NCBI GenBank assembly: GCA_051294375.1
Contig: CM119271.1
Coordinates: 14,328,770 to 14,392,769 of the forward strand
Length of the DNA: 64,000 nucleotides
Reading direction: 5' to 3'
Source of the DNA: Paraspadella gotoi
Taxonomy: Eukaryota; Animalia; Chaetognatha
Shown here: piece by piece, positions 14,925 to 28,506 of the stretch
How the letters are laid out: each line of letters begins with the position of its first letter
Numbering within the stretch: the first letter of the stretch is position 1
Notes under the pieces: generated by a model
Database searches by the model: none
Told to the model about the DNA's origin: nothing
What the model saw: only the letters and a program-made list of their open reading frames with translations
Translations under genes and position numbers: made by a program

Positions 14925-16180
14925 GGGATGCTATGTTATAATATCACATTAATATCACATCCTCATAATCCACCAACCCACCGATTTGAGATGCATGTAC
15001 ATCGACTTGGCCAAGATCTTCTTTCTGCAAGATTCGGTGACCTTGAGGTGAACCATCTGATAGTGTTGTTGCAGTAGTGCTTCAGTTTGAAAGCTTTGCC
15101 GCAATCGCCGCAAATGTGACGACTCTCGGTCCCTTCGTTATGGGCGGTGGCCAAGTGTCGCCGCAAATTTCCTTTGAGCACGAAGGTTTTGGCGCAGACG
15201 AGACAGGCGTGGTCCCGCCTCTTGTCGTGCACCACTCGGATGTGGTTCTTGAGGCTGCCCGAGGCGTGGGCGGATTCGTCGTCATTCTTGTCGTCACCGT
15301 GATTATCGCGAAAATGGTTGTCGAGATTCGAGGCCAAATAAAATCCTCGATTACATCGAGAGCAGAAATGTTTTTTGGTTTTGAGGTGGAGGCTCTCGCG
15401 GTGTCGATCCAGGAAAACTCGGCGAGTGAAGATTCTGCCGCAATCGAGACATTCGTGACTTCGCTTGATGAAGCCCTGAGTCCTGCATTCTGAACGAATC
15501 CGAGGAGGAAGAGAAGTTGTTGTTGATGTTGTTTTAATGGAGTTTTCGTCATTTAGACGAAGATTATCGGTCAATTCATCCTCGTTCGACACATTTTGAA
15601 GGACCGTAGAAGTCTCTTCGAGATTAATGAATTCCGAATCCAATTCATCAATGGCGTTGGGTTTTGCGCTCAAAGGTTCCACCGACGCGGCATCAACGAG
15701 CGTCGCTACCGAAGAAGAAACTTCTCCTTCGTCGCCGACGCCCGGCGCCAAATACCCGCGGCGTAGTTTCGTCGGCGTCGGGGAGGAATCGTCGTTTCTC
15801 AAATCAGCGGCGTCAAAAGTTTCAACTTTAACGTGGTCATCGTCCAAGGCGGCGTCGCTGTCGTCTTCCAGCCTCAAATCAAAGGCATCGATGCGGACGG
15901 CGCCCTTGAAGGATTCGCCTTTGAGGATCCAGAGTTTTTGCTGCGACGGAGTTTCGACGCCGAGAACGAAGTTGGCGGAGGCGGCGCTGGCGATTGCGCG
16001 GAGGGAGGCGATCGTCTCAAGAAAGCGCGCATGCGCGAACGACGTCATCATGGCGACCGACGCATCGTTTTTAGTTTTTACATACGACAATTTTAAGGGC
16101 GGTTGGTGCATTTTATGAGCTATTTTGAAAAAAATATTGGAATATTGAATAAGATTATAAACACGGGACAGAAGGAACAT
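14103..16180 (-). CDS. Multi-C2H2 zinc-finger protein, copy C (paralog of copy A; frameshifts near 15075 and 14165)
   Basis: Same N-terminus as copy A (MMTSFAHARFLETIASLRAIA...). Internal fingers present in A are deleted (HASGSLKNH junction) and the last two fingers are tandemly duplicated. May be a pseudogene or contain indel errors. Confidence 0.75.
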
Positions 16181-16738
16181 GCGCTCATGCTTTTGCGCTG
16201 AATAAAAGGAAAGGAGAGAAGAGCGGTGACCGGACGGTATTAATATGAGTAAAAATAAAAAATAAAAAATGAAAGATGGCTACTAACCCACAAATCCGAG
16301 AAAAAAAAATTATGCAATGGCAATTGCGGGTTTTCAATGTTAACTAAAAAAAATTAATTTCTCTTTAATTTACACTATTTTTTTAAACGATTTTAATTTT
16401 CTCTTTTTGCTTCCAATTATACAGGACATCATTTCTAATTTCAACATATAGACGTCTCGAAAAGACGGTCCCTAGATATCGAGTAAAGTCCGCCTGCAAG
16501 TAAAATAAAAATTTTCATCTGTTGAATGCTTTCGAAATAGACATGCGATACATCCGTTCATGACGGATATAGGATATATAACGTAAGATTAAAATAATAA
16601 CAAACAAAAAAAGAGAAAAAAAAATCAACGGAGAACGAAAAACTCAACAAAACCGAAAAGCCGCGCGCGCGACGACTTTGAAAAAAGAATAAACAAAAAT
16701 CGATGACAAAGATTTGGAAAGTTTGGAAGCTTCATCCC

Positions 16739-16812
16739 CTTCTTCTTCTTCTTCTTCTTCTTCTTCTTCTTCTTCTTCTTCTTCTTCTTCTTCTTCATCA
16801 TCTTCTTCCTCC
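16739..16812. repeat. (CTT)n microsatellite immediately downstream of the STAG stop codon
   Basis: About 20 perfect CTT units followed by degenerate units. Confidence 0.9.
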
Positions 16813-19800
16813 TCACTCGGAATCGTCGTCGGAGTCTTGCTCCGAAGCGATGGACTCTCTATCCTCTTCCCCCGCGTGCTCGGCCATCACCGCCATGTTC
16901 TTCCCCGCGCGGTGTTTGGGCGGGCCGCGTCCGAACCGCTCCTGAAGCATCGTCGAGGAGAAGGCGGGTGTGCCCACGTCGCTGGTCAACTGAGATGAAA
17001 GGGAAGGAGGCTTCATTTGGAAATTGCAACAATCGTACTATAAATTATCAAATTTATTATCTTTGGAAAAAAAAAACTGTTGGAAATCATCGCTCATCAG
17101 TCGGAAAAATCATGAAGTTGATAGAAATCTATCCAAATTCTGTAATTGATTGACCCCTGACAGTAGAACAATGACTAATACTTTTATTTCAAAAGTTTTA
17201 ACTCTTAAATGAATGCTAAGCTCATGCTATCTACTATTGAAGGTGAAGCCGTCACTTGGGGACTTCCCTCGCCGCCCCCCCCCCTTTCTCACCGACGAGT
17301 GAGCGATAGACCGGATAGAGTCTTCCCCTTGCATCGACGTCGACTCGTCGCCGGCCTCGTGCACCGGCGTGGCCCCGCCCGATGCCAGGCGGCCTCGCTT
17401 CGCCGCTCCGCCGCCCGCGGAAGGAGCGGCGGGTGGTGCGGCGTACATGGCGCGTTTTACCGTCGACTTTTTCGAAGAGTACTTTGTTATCGGCGCCTGA
17501 GCCTTTTCTAGTTCTGATGGTGAGCGAAAAAAAGGAAAGTAAATTATATATAGTATCATATAATAGTACATAATTTAAAAAAATAAAACGATATGACCTC
17601 TCCAAATTTCCCACCTTCTCCCTGTAGAAGCGAGTGTCGATAAACTGACAACGAATGCCACTCGTCAGAGATTCCTTGTTGATTAAGGTTGTCGGCCAAG
17701 AGTTTGTCCAAATGGGTCACTACCTGCAATGGGAAAATCGAGATTTAATTCATTCTACGAATGATTATTTAATTCATCGAATCAATGAACGAATCGCTCA
17801 CCGTCTTCTTGTCCTGCTTCATGAGTTTGGCGGAGAACTCGGCGATGATCTCGAGAAAGGCGAAGTTGGGCGGTGGATCGTGGGGATCGAGGGCGACGTT
17901 GGCGTCAGTCCTATTTACCGCGAACACTTGACCTAAAAAGAAATAAAAGTGAATGAGGTTGTCGTTGTTGTCGTTGTTGTCGTTCGTACTCCTCTCACCT
18001 TCGATATGCAGGCGAGCGACGGCTTCTCGGTTCTTCGTCTGATCCAAACCGAAGGAGAGAGCGAATCTCCGAGCTAAGTCTTTGATGAAGCCGAATTCGG
18101 TGCTCTTCGGATCCACGCGTCCGCCTTAAAACGAAACATATACTGTGTAAATGTAATTATAAAAAGCTTAAAGCGAGACGCGAAAGAAAATGAAACGATC
18201 GGCGAACCAAAAAAATAATAAATAACAAAAAAACTTCGAATTACGGAAACGAAAATATTTAAAGTTTAAAGTTCAACGAAAAAAGAACGAACTTTTAAAC
18301 TACGGAGATTTAAAGTACACGAGTATAAATCTCTCAATTTACGATTAAAAACAAGAATTTAAAAAGAAGAGGAAAAAAGAGTAGAACGAAAAAACAGACA
18401 TCGAAACCAAAATTTTAGTATTAAAATAAAAAAAAAAGGAAACTAGTTGAGTCGGACCTCACCTTGGCTTTGAACAACATCTGAGAAGAGAGTCTGCAAC
18501 GCGAAACAGAGAGTCCGCGCGCACGTGACCTTGTTGATCTCACGCGCTTTGCTCAGCGTCGCTTTGATGATGTCACCGTAGTCGTTGTAGAACTAAAATG
18601 GGGTTTAATATTAAAAAAAATTTCTAAAAATGAAGATAAAACTAAATAACGATAAATAATCGAGAAAAGTTTTAAAAAAAACTTTAATACTCTACTTACA
18701 ATACCTTCATATAGTTCATGAACATCTGCATGGCGCATCTGATAGGAATGACGTTGTAAACGATGAGTTTGGCGAAGGAAGACAAAAGGTTTCGCCTCTT
18801 GTGTAGCTCCTCGATCTTGACGTTCTCGTCAACGTCGTCGTCGTCAACTTCGATGAAGACATACTGCTCAACGAACTTGCGCAGTTTCGTCTGAAAACGA
18901 AAGTTGAATCGAAAACTTATTCGAACAAATATCAAAAGATAAAAGGTTGAAAAAAGTTTAAAATCCTTGCAGAGACCTGCAGATCTTCATCCGTATCGTA
19001 GATCAAATGCCGAAGCCTTGGAGCACGAACGCCAAGTTGCTGCAGGATAATAAAATAAAAAAACAAATAGTTATGAAAGAAATGAAAAGAGGGCTTGCCA
19101 AACCGTTTACTTACCTTTGAAAAACAAATGAGCAGATCGCACATGATGAGGTAAGCGTCCTCCCTAATCTTATCCGACGGGTGTTCCATGAGATACTTGC
19201 ACGACCTCATGAAGAACAACTGCCTCTGGCGGAGCTCCTTCATGGGCCCCTCGGCGTTGGGGTGCGCCTCCACCTTGTGCAGACCCCAGAGCAGCTCGTA
19301 ACCGCAGCAGCCGAGGGCGAGTTTGACCATCTCGTCGCTGACCATCTCGGCCCCACGACGGGAAGGGTCCTCCGAGCAGTGGACCAAGTAGTACATCTTT
19401 CCTTCCCAGAGATTTAAGTGGCTGAAGTCGTGACAGGCGTAGAAGGCGTGGAGACGACGAAGGGATGACGTCAGGGAGAAGACCTCGTCCTCGCCCGGGT
19501 CTTGGAGAATAGTGGAAATGAACGCGGGGGAAATAAGGAAAAAATGATTAAAGAGCTCTCTAAGCGTCTGAGCCTGCCAAAGCCTGTCTGTCTGTCTCTG
19601 TCTCTCTCTCTCTCTCTCTCTCACCAGTCGCCTCCTCGAAGAACTCGTGAAAAGCGGTGTGAAACTTCTCGGCCAAAGAGTCCAAGAGGCTGCTGGTGGC
19701 GACGTCGACTTTGGTGTGGATGGCGTAGATGTCCTGGCAGAGATGCTCGTAGACTTTGGCGCAGGCGGAGAGGACTTCCTCCGAAGTGGTCTTCTCCACG

Positions 19801-20178
19801 ATGTCTCGGAGGATCCTGAGAAGATCGTCGAGCTGCTTGTCCAGACGCCTCGTAGAGTAAGTGTCCTGCTCAAAGTGGATCGGGATCTGCAGCAGGTTGA
19901 GCACTTTGTCCCCGTCGTTCTGGTATTTGTTGAGGAGACGCGGGAGAGAAATGATGAAATGCTCCGAGAGTTTATGACGATCTTCGTTAACCTTGAAGAG
20001 AGATGAATGGAAGTATTTACTGGGATTTAACGGATTCAAGTCTTCGGGTCGTCATGAAATGCTCTATGCTCGATCCTCACCGTCTTTTGTTCTTTGGCCG
20101 AAAGGATCTTGCGAGTCGGGCCGCGACCGACAGGCGTCTCTCCGGTCGCCGCTTGCTTTACTGCGCACGACCTGAGAA

Positions 20179-20213
<35 letters not shown>

Positions 20214-22541
20214 ATTATTATCCTTAGTATTTATTGCATTGTAATCGTTAGTCCCGAGTCCCTCCTCACATGATCTCGATGAGTGAACTCTCTTGCGTGG
20301 AGTCCAGTGCGGGCTCGTCTTTGCCCGGTTCTTCTATGAGCAGATCGGTCATGCATTCCCAGTCCTTTGAAAACGAAACGAAACGAGGATAAAACTAAAT
20401 ATAAACAAACAAAAAAAGAAGCGTTAAACCTTATACCTTCATCATCTCGTTAACGTCCCACATTGAGTCGACGAGATAAGCTGCGTGTTCGTGAAGTTCG
20501 CTCTCGATGAAGAACTGGATCAAATCTCTGGACGAAAAAGAAAAAGTAAAGGAGGACGGACTGAAGGACGAACGCCTATCAAGTCAAGTCAAGACGGACT
20601 GACCAGATTGAGATTGTTATATTTTTAAAAGGAAGCCACCAACCGTCACCTGATAAAGGGCGTGTTATTGGAGCGTCTCTTCCCATGCTTCGTCCGAACT
20701 TCCGGCGGTTCCTCGTCCCCTTTGTATTTAAAGAGTTTCTCGTTGAGAAATTCCGCCGCCGCTTGGGCCACCTGAGTAAAAAAAGAAAGAATGTTATAAT
20801 TAAACGTTGGATTAAAAAACGTTTAAAATGAAATGGCCGACCTGTCTGTGGGTGGAATAGACCAACTCGTAGACGTTCTCGCAGTCAGTATCAGTGAGGA
20901 TTCCCTCGTTGAAGACCAAAATGCAGCGGACGAGTTTGATGGCCTGGACGGCGACGTCGAACTCTTTGTCGACGGTCATGCTCACGATGCGATCTGCGAT
21001 GAGGATTCAAAAAAAATCAGCAAGAAAAATCGAGAAAACCTGTCTAACCAACTAGGACTCGCCTTTGAATCGATTGGTGAACAGCTCGAGCCTTTGACTG
21101 AGATCCTCTGTGGCGTAGAGAGGCTGGAGGGAGCGGAGACAGGTGAGACGCACCTCGCCGATCTTGTCATAAAGAGTCCACCCGAGATACTTGAGATAGG
21201 AGTCGTCGAGAAAGTGCGAGGGATACTTTTTCATCCACTCGCCCAACTCCACCATGCAGATACAACGGATATCCTGGAGGGATTGTCAGTCCGTATCGAT
21301 CATGCAACAGATTTCAAACGAATCTCTCTCTCTCTCTCTCTCTTAGCAACCTGCAAAATGTCTCTGTATCTGTGGACGAAAACGCCCTTGAAGATGTACT
21401 GCAACATGTTCTTGATCTCGCCCACGTTCTCCTCCAGTTCGGATCGGCGGCTCATCAATGTCTCCAATCTGCTCTCTCCTCCCCTTTTGTTCGCCTTTGA
21501 TCGCTCGGCCTCGTATTGGCGGCAAGTGTTGTCCAACTGGACGTTGAGATTGAGGGCGACGTCGACCAACGCAGTCATCAGCTTCATCGACGCTAAAGTG
21601 CTGGTGTGGCGGAAGGCACGAACCTGAAGCGAAAGACAAGGAGTAATAACAACAACAAAGTTCGTTTGAGTAAATCGCTGAAGCAACAAACTTGTGAATC
21701 CGTTAGTCCGGTGAGAAAAGAGATGACGTTGTCCATCATGTACTGATCATAAATAATGCTGTATTGACACTGCTTCACCAGCAAGACCACGAAGTCGCAG
21801 AAACAAGACCTAAACTTCTTCCAAGATTGACCTGAAATGAAAACAGAAAAACCAAACGCTTAATACCCGTATTAAATATGTATTAAGGTCAAAACAATTT
21901 AATATGTTTTCACATTACCAGGCATAATGAGAGGATAATCTCCGGAATCCTCGTCGAATTCCTCCGTCATCTTCCGGATCAACTCGGCGTGTTCCATCGT
22001 CGCGTACATTGAAGGGGTAATCGTTCCCTTGCAACCTGGAACGAAATACCAAACCAAATAGTAGGAGCGATCTCATTGCCGCCACCATCGGTCGTCCTAA
22101 TTTACGTTCTTTTTTTTTCCTCACCCCCAGATCGTTATCGTAATTAATACCATTTCCAAACCACGTCAACACTCCCCAGTCACATCCCTCTTCATTCCAC
22201 CACCACCACCCCATTCTCCCGACCCGATGAGGAGATGAAGAACTTGATCATCTCGAGGAGAGCGAGATCGCGATCGGCCTTGTAGCTCTCGATCCAGTCG
22301 TCGACGACGGAGGTGAGGGAGACGCGACCGTTGAGGACCAAACGCGTACAACTGGGAGGAGACTTCGGGGCCGCTAGAGGGGGGGGGGAAGAATTAATGG
22401 GGGTCGAAGGGTAAAGGGAGAGAGGGCGCTCTCCGAACCTGTTGGGCTGACCGGCGACGAACTGCTGCGGCGGGCGGCGCGTCGTCCGCAGGTTCTGCCC
22501 TGCGGCTCCTCCTCCTCGTGGTTCGACTCTGTCTCCATCAT
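16813..22541 (-). CDS. STAG1: Cohesin subunit SA/stromalin (STAG1/2 family), many exons
   Basis: [10 protein letters not shown]; [51 protein letters not shown]; [29 protein letters not shown]; [16 protein letters not shown]; [22 protein letters not shown]; [22 protein letters not shown]; [23 protein letters not shown]. An invertebrate gene, so STAG1 versus STAG2 is not resolvable. Confidence 0.95.
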
Positions 22542-22917
22542 TGTTAATTATTACGACGGTTTGAGTTTAGTTAATGTCGAGTTATTGACTGACAAAAAAA
22601 TGTCAACAAAAAGTTTTAAACGAAAAATGCGGACAAAAATATGAAAAGGAAATGATGACATAAAACAGAAGCAGGGGATGGGGGGGGGGAGATTGACGAA
22701 CTTAAAACGGGAAATTTAGAAATAAACCCGAAAGAAAAAAACAATTGTTTTCCAAATCTTACTAACCCCATCCGTATCCAATAACAAAAAGACACAAGAC
22801 AATAAATACATAATTGTTAACGAATAATTTCACTAGGCTCTTATTATTCTTAATGCTAGTAGAGATAATTCGGAGCTAACTGGGATTTTCAACGATGACC
22901 TCGGTTTCTCTCAGTCT

Positions 22918-24242
22918 TCAATCTCCCACGTGAAAAGTCTGAATGACTTGATCCCAATCCTCTGGGGGCCACTCTCCGTTCTCTCTCACGTTGGGTGGCG
23001 ATTTCTTCCAGTCCCACGCCTTCACCGGTTCCATCCACCTTTTACCGTAGTTGGCTGGAAAGCAAAATATTCAGGTTGTGCTAGTAACGGGATCCTCTCA
23101 TACTCTCTCATTCTCACACTCACCCTCGATGTAAGGTTCCGTCGGACAGGGAACTCTGACTCTCAACTGAAGAAATTCAGCCCAACAGAGAGAAAAGCGT
23201 TGGAAGAGATACTTGAACTTTTTCCCCGTTCGTGCTTGAGTCCCGCCGTTCCAAACCAAATCCTCTCCCTGAAATTGAGGGTGAGAAAAGGAGAAATAAA
23301 GTTGAATTTGGAAATAATCTAATTTGAAAATATTCTAAATATTATAATACTAATATACACTTTTTTTACACGTAATATACTAAAACAATAAAAAATAATA
23401 ATAATAATCCTACTAAGTGAATAATTTGAAATAATAAAATAGAATTGAGATTTGATATGAAATTGTACAACCAGTGTTTATCCATTCATTTAACAAATAT
23501 TATTATATATATTAATATATCGATATAATTTGCCATAAAATGCAAATGAGTGAAGAAGTTAAATCACATTCGAAATGAATGACAAGTTATTCAGATTTTC
23601 TCCTCCCAACATCTCACCTGTCGATAGAAGAAGAAGAGGTCGAGCTTCATCTGGCCGAACCTGAAGGAGAGTTCGAAGGAATCGGTCGTCTTCCCGAAGA
23701 GGTGGACGAGCTCGAGACCCGCGCGCTGGAACTCGGCGATGAGGCGGGCGTCGTAGTCGTGAACGAAGAGACCCACGTCGACGTCGCCAGAGTAAGTAAT
23801 CACGTCGCACTGGCGAAACCAGCCGAGGAGGGTGCCTGGAGGGACAAAGGCTTAACTTAATGGACGAGACCATTAGAAGACCTTTGTTGGTTCTTTCTGA
23901 ATCATCGGACACCCGTACAAACTACAATGACCCAAATTCACTCTTCTGTTCATTTTCATTGGTCAGTGAAATGAACTCGGGAGGTCGACGACAACGAATC
24001 TGTGAGAAAAGTGAAGATGATTTACCAGAGGAAATCCAAAAGGGAATCCCCAGAGAGTCAAGGACTCGACCGGCGGTGAGCAGCGTCTTTCTCGCCAGGT
24101 GCCGGAAGGCGGCGCCAGAGTCGGTCACGTCGCGAGGAAATCGGGAGAAGAAACTGGAGGCGCGAGTCGAGTCGCACTCAATGAAGGTGGAGGAGGGAAG
24201 TTCGTCCAGGACGCGGACAGGATCCTGAATTAGAAATAGATG

Positions 24243-24304
<62 letters not shown>

Positions 24305-25207
24305 TAGGAACAAAGACTTTAATTCCATCGAGATTCACTCTCGTCGTTTCGATTCTAGAAATGGAACCGGCGCCGTCGCCGCCGACGCGAAGTTTGAAGG
24401 AAACGGCGCCGTCATTCTCGAGGATCTCCTGAGAAATGGAACATAATTTTGTAATTTTATGAATAATTAAAAACTAAATCAATATTAAACTCATCAAATC
24501 TAATCTCACCTTCCCTTTCTCCGCCGCCCGATCGAACCAAAAACTATTCCCGCTTCTCTCGTGGAGAAAGACGAGGTGAACGAGGAATTCGCGGCGGCGG
24601 AGGCGGAGGTGGGTGGGGATGACGCCGGTCGGCGCCGAGGAGGCCGTAGAGTCGACTGCTGCAGCTGCCGCGGGCCGCGGATCCACCACTTTGAGCAGAT
24701 GGACCTTAAAACCGGCCGTTTTTAGCGTCTGCGGGGGAAATAGGGAATGAAGCTCAAGTTTGCCAACAACATTAATGGCGAACTTAAATAATATCCGCTC
24801 ACCTCCAGAGCGGATTTCCGATCCGGCCAAAAGGTAGCGGCGACGCCAAAAGTCACCACTCCGTCGGGTACGTCGCAGAAAAACTTGCACCTGGAGACGC
24901 CGTCCACGTTGAGCACGAGCAGGTGCTGCAAAATTGAAGGGTCCAGCACGAAGACTGGCACCTCCAAGTAAATCATCAAATCTATGAACGACTTGATGAC
25001 GTCGAGGATCGCGTATTTGGAGGCGGGACGAGGCGTTGGCGACGATGACGACGATGACGGCTCTTGGAACGATGAGGACGACGACGACGAACCGCCGAGA
25101 ACCGTGGAGAGCGCGTAGAATTGGAGGAGGAGAAAGAAGAGGGAGAGAAGGAGGGCGATGAGAAGAAAGCGAAGGCGGAAGGAATGGGAGCGAGGGGACA
25201 AGGCCAT
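22918..25207 (-). CDS. FKTN: Fukutin (ribitol-5-phosphate transferase, LicD family)
   Basis: N-terminal TM helix ([31 protein letters not shown]); [11 protein letters not shown]; [34 protein letters not shown] (DxD); [12 protein letters not shown]; KLDLFFFY; [18 protein letters not shown]; ANYG...[17 protein letters not shown]. Confidence 0.93.
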
Positions 25208-25563
25208 CGCGAAATAGAAAAAGGGAAAGGAAGAGAAAAAGGCGAAAAGGGGGGAAACGTCGAATATTTTATTTGTTTTTAAATGATGAGGAAACAACGA
25301 TACTGAAGCGATGATGAGGCGAGGATGTCTGTCAGTTTGTCCGTTCGGTCCCCCGGGTCGGATAGAGACAGAGTCAGTGTCCGCGACCGCCGTTGATGGC
25401 GATTGACGAAGGATGAGCCGAGAGAGAGGAGGGAACGTGGGTAAGTGACGAGGCCGAGGCGGAACGCTGGGAGGCCATTCTGAGTTGAAGGTAAGGGGCA
25501 AATGGTGAGGAAGACGAGAAAAAGAGTAAAGGAATTAAGATTCTCCAAATCCCTTGCCTTCCT

Positions 25564-25887
25564 TCACCTCGGCCGCTGCGGTTGATCTCCCGATCCCATG
25601 GATCCGCCAGAGGGAGAGTTCTCCCCGGCGCCGCGGCGGGAACCGTCGCTGCTGCCGCTGTTTCCGCGGGCGCGGCGACGACCGGGGTGAACGATGCAGA
25701 CCCTCTTCAAAACCCTGACGACGGTCGACGGATGAACGTTTAGCCGTAAGAGATCGTTGACGACCTTGAAGACCTCGGGATCCCACGTGACGCCCGCTAG
25801 TTGACAGAGTTCGTAGAGATCGGCCTCTTCCGGCGTAAACACGTTGCGGGCGTGGTGCGTCGCGCGAATCGTCGTCGTCTCCGCCAT
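25564..25887 (-). CDS. MZT2: Mitotic spindle organizing protein 2 (MOZART2)
   Basis: VFTPEEADLYELCQLAGVTWDPEVFKVVNDLLRLNVHPSTVVRVLKRVC matches the MOZART2 consensus (ELYELAQAAG..IDPDVFKILVDLLKLNVAP). Confidence 0.9.
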   Translation of the reverse strand: MAETTTIRATHHARNVFTPEEADLYELCQLAGVTWDPEVFKVVNDLLRLNVHPSTVVRVLKRVCIVHPGRRRARGNSGSSDGSRRGAGENSPSGGSMGSGDQPQRPR

Positions 25888-26245
25888 TTGACGCGCAGTT
25901 TCTCAACGTCTTTGACGACCAGGTCGGCGACGACTCCCTTCTCTGTCTGTCCGGTTCCCCGTCGGGAAATTGGCCGAGACGCCAACGAAAAACGTCAGAC
26001 GAGAAACCGAGACTTTCTTTTCGTTTTTATCTGCTTCGCGATAAAACGATGAAATAAACAGGGACTCGATATTTCAATAAATATATACAGACTTAATGAC
26101 TTCAAATTGGTGAGACCTCTATCGATTGCGCAACAAAATGACGACCGGGGAAAAAAAATTTCAGTGAAAAGGCATTTAATCCAAAATGTTTCGTCTCATT
26201 TTCTCCTTTTCAATGTCATCATCTCTCATCTTTTCTTTCCGCTTC

Positions 26246-27190
26246 TCATTTCGCTGGTTTATCCTTGGAATACCAAATGCCCTCCTCGACCTCCTCCTGG
26301 GTCGGCGTTCCGTATTTGTTGTTCCACCTAAGTTAATTAGTATGATTTATACTGTGGGTAGCAGATAAATTCGTCGTGTGTTTTGAAAGGTCTCGCAATC
26401 TCATTAGCATATTGTCGTGTCGAGTTTGGGTAGCAATTTGTTCCCATATATACTATATTTGTCCGCATTAACTAAGTTACCTCACTAGTACATTAGCATA
26501 TCCCACTACTTAGATTACTTATGCCTTTTAACCATATCCCTCCCTCCCCCACCTCCCCGCTCCTCCGCCCTCGACACGCACCTGTCGATGAACTCCTGCT
26601 TCCTCTTCTCCCGCCGTTCGAAGTAGTCGGGGTAAAAGGCCTTCTCAAGAGGATGCCACTCGTCGAGGAGCCAATCGGGCGTCGGGATGTCGTCGCGTTC
26701 GAAGGCGGCGCCGCCGTCAGAGTCGTAGTAGCAGAAGGGAACGTAGTGACGCTCGTAATCGTGCTCTTCCCATCCTGAGTGAAGAGAAAACAAATCGGTA
26801 CCATTTTCCTAGCTTCCATTCATCTTTTTTTTTCTAAAACAAATTACTTAATTCAATATTTATATTTATATTCTTAATAATCACCGTCGATCAACATCTG
26901 TTTGGCGACTCGAAAATCCTGGATGTGTCGGTTGTCGTCGAATCTTTTGCGGAGTCTCACGTTTTCCAAGCGTTGGTCGTAACGAGCCACCGTGTGCGAG
27001 TTGACCACTTTGAGACCGGCTTTGTAAAGTCTGGCATGTGGAGGAGTTTTTATATGAAAACTGTTTATACTGGGGGACCATTACGTGTGAAACGCGACCG
27101 TTAATACCTGCAAACCTCTTGCGAGTGAGACAACGGCTTCGTCACCAGATAAGGAATGACCATTCTGGTCTTGGTGTACGGGCGAGCCAT
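26246..27190 (-). CDS. NDUFB9: NADH:ubiquinone oxidoreductase subunit B9 (B22, LYR family), 4 exons
   Basis: SHSQEVCRLYKAGLK...RLRKRFDDNRHIQD (LYR motif); GGAAFER; PDWLLDEWHPLEKAFYPDYFERREKRKQEF; last exon WNNKYGTPT...KPAK*. Confidence 0.93.
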
Positions 27191-27637
27191 CGCCGCGGCT
27201 ATTTAAAGACAACTATCAATTAATCTGGGACACAAAAAAAAAATTGGTTAAAAAAAAAAAATAACACCTCCAACAACATTGTTTATATCCCGCGCGTTCG
27301 GTGTTTTGAAGGCGGGAGGGCAAAAAAATTGTTGGTTCCAAAAAGAACCGCTATTTAAAATTTTTTTTTTAATCATTTCCCCAACGACAATCGAGCTCGT
27401 CTATCAGGCTGTGTTGGCCTTCCGCTGACAAAAGCCCGATTGAGATCAGGAAAGATGACGTTACAGAATCACCGTCCACATGATTACGAGATGAACGAAA
27501 AAAATATTTTCAAACTTTTCAGAGTCATGACAAATTAAATGCGAGTTTCGCTCGACAACACGCGCCGGAAGCTGACAAAATGGCGGCGCATAAGTCTTGG
27601 TGCCGATAAATACGTCGGCGCTGTCGACGCCGGGCGA

Positions 27638-28040
27638 TCATTCCTTTTTCCGGATTCCGGCGACGACAGCGAGTTTTCCATTTCCGCCAAAGAAGCGGCG
27701 GCTTTGATTTTGGAGGCCTCGGCGTCTTCAATAGCCTAGAGAATTAAAGACAAATGGTTAAGTCACAAGATTTTTAAGTCATTAGATTTATACAAGAACT
27801 CTAATAATACTAAATTCGCCCTAAGAACAAATCATACCCAAATTTTGTCAGTTCTACCTTCTTGGCCATGTATGCCTCGCGCTCTTCCTTGGCGGGGCCT
27901 TTCAATGACCGGTAGCGCAAGGTCCCGTAAAGGACGCCGACGACGAGCGCGCCCCATCGAGCAGCGCGGATGGTGGGCGAGACGGCCACGGGCGCCTCCC
28001 AAGCGTTGACGAAGGGTTTGGCGGAAAAGAGGGAAGCCAT
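27638..28040 (-). CDS. ATP5ME: Mitochondrial ATP synthase subunit e, 2 exons
   Basis: APVAVSPTIRAARWGALVVGVLYGTLRYRSLK (GxxxG TM motif), then AIEDAEASKIKAAASLAEME. The given end assumes one missing A in a homopolymer (MEKLAVVAGIRKKE*); otherwise the frame runs to ~27536. Confidence 0.88.
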
Positions 28041-28506
28041 CGTAGTTACTTAATTCTCGGTAGGAATAAAAGGAACTTCTGGTTAAAAAAAAATTAAAAT
28101 AAATAATTCATAACTTATGAAATTAAAGTTCGTAGTAGTAAAGTAAACTAGTAAAGTAACATTAACAAAATTTCATAAAGGTTCACCATAAAAATGTTGG
28201 CAACGAGATAAATTAAAACAAATTACAAGTTTAAAAAAATAATCAGAAAATATACCAAACACTAAAATTCAGGCGATAATAAATAGATAAAATATGGGAG
28301 AAATGGGGAAAGGAAGACGGATTAGAAATCTTAAATCATTTACTCTTTCGAATGATTGTCGAGTTTCTCGCGCCGGGATGGTCGCACTCTCAAAACTAGA
28401 CGCTGCTAACTTTCGAGATAAATTCGCTCAGCTCTCTAACTGAACGAATCCACGAAAGTTTCTTCCCGAAATAACTTTGGAGCCTCGGCGGAAGATTTAA
28501 ATCCGT

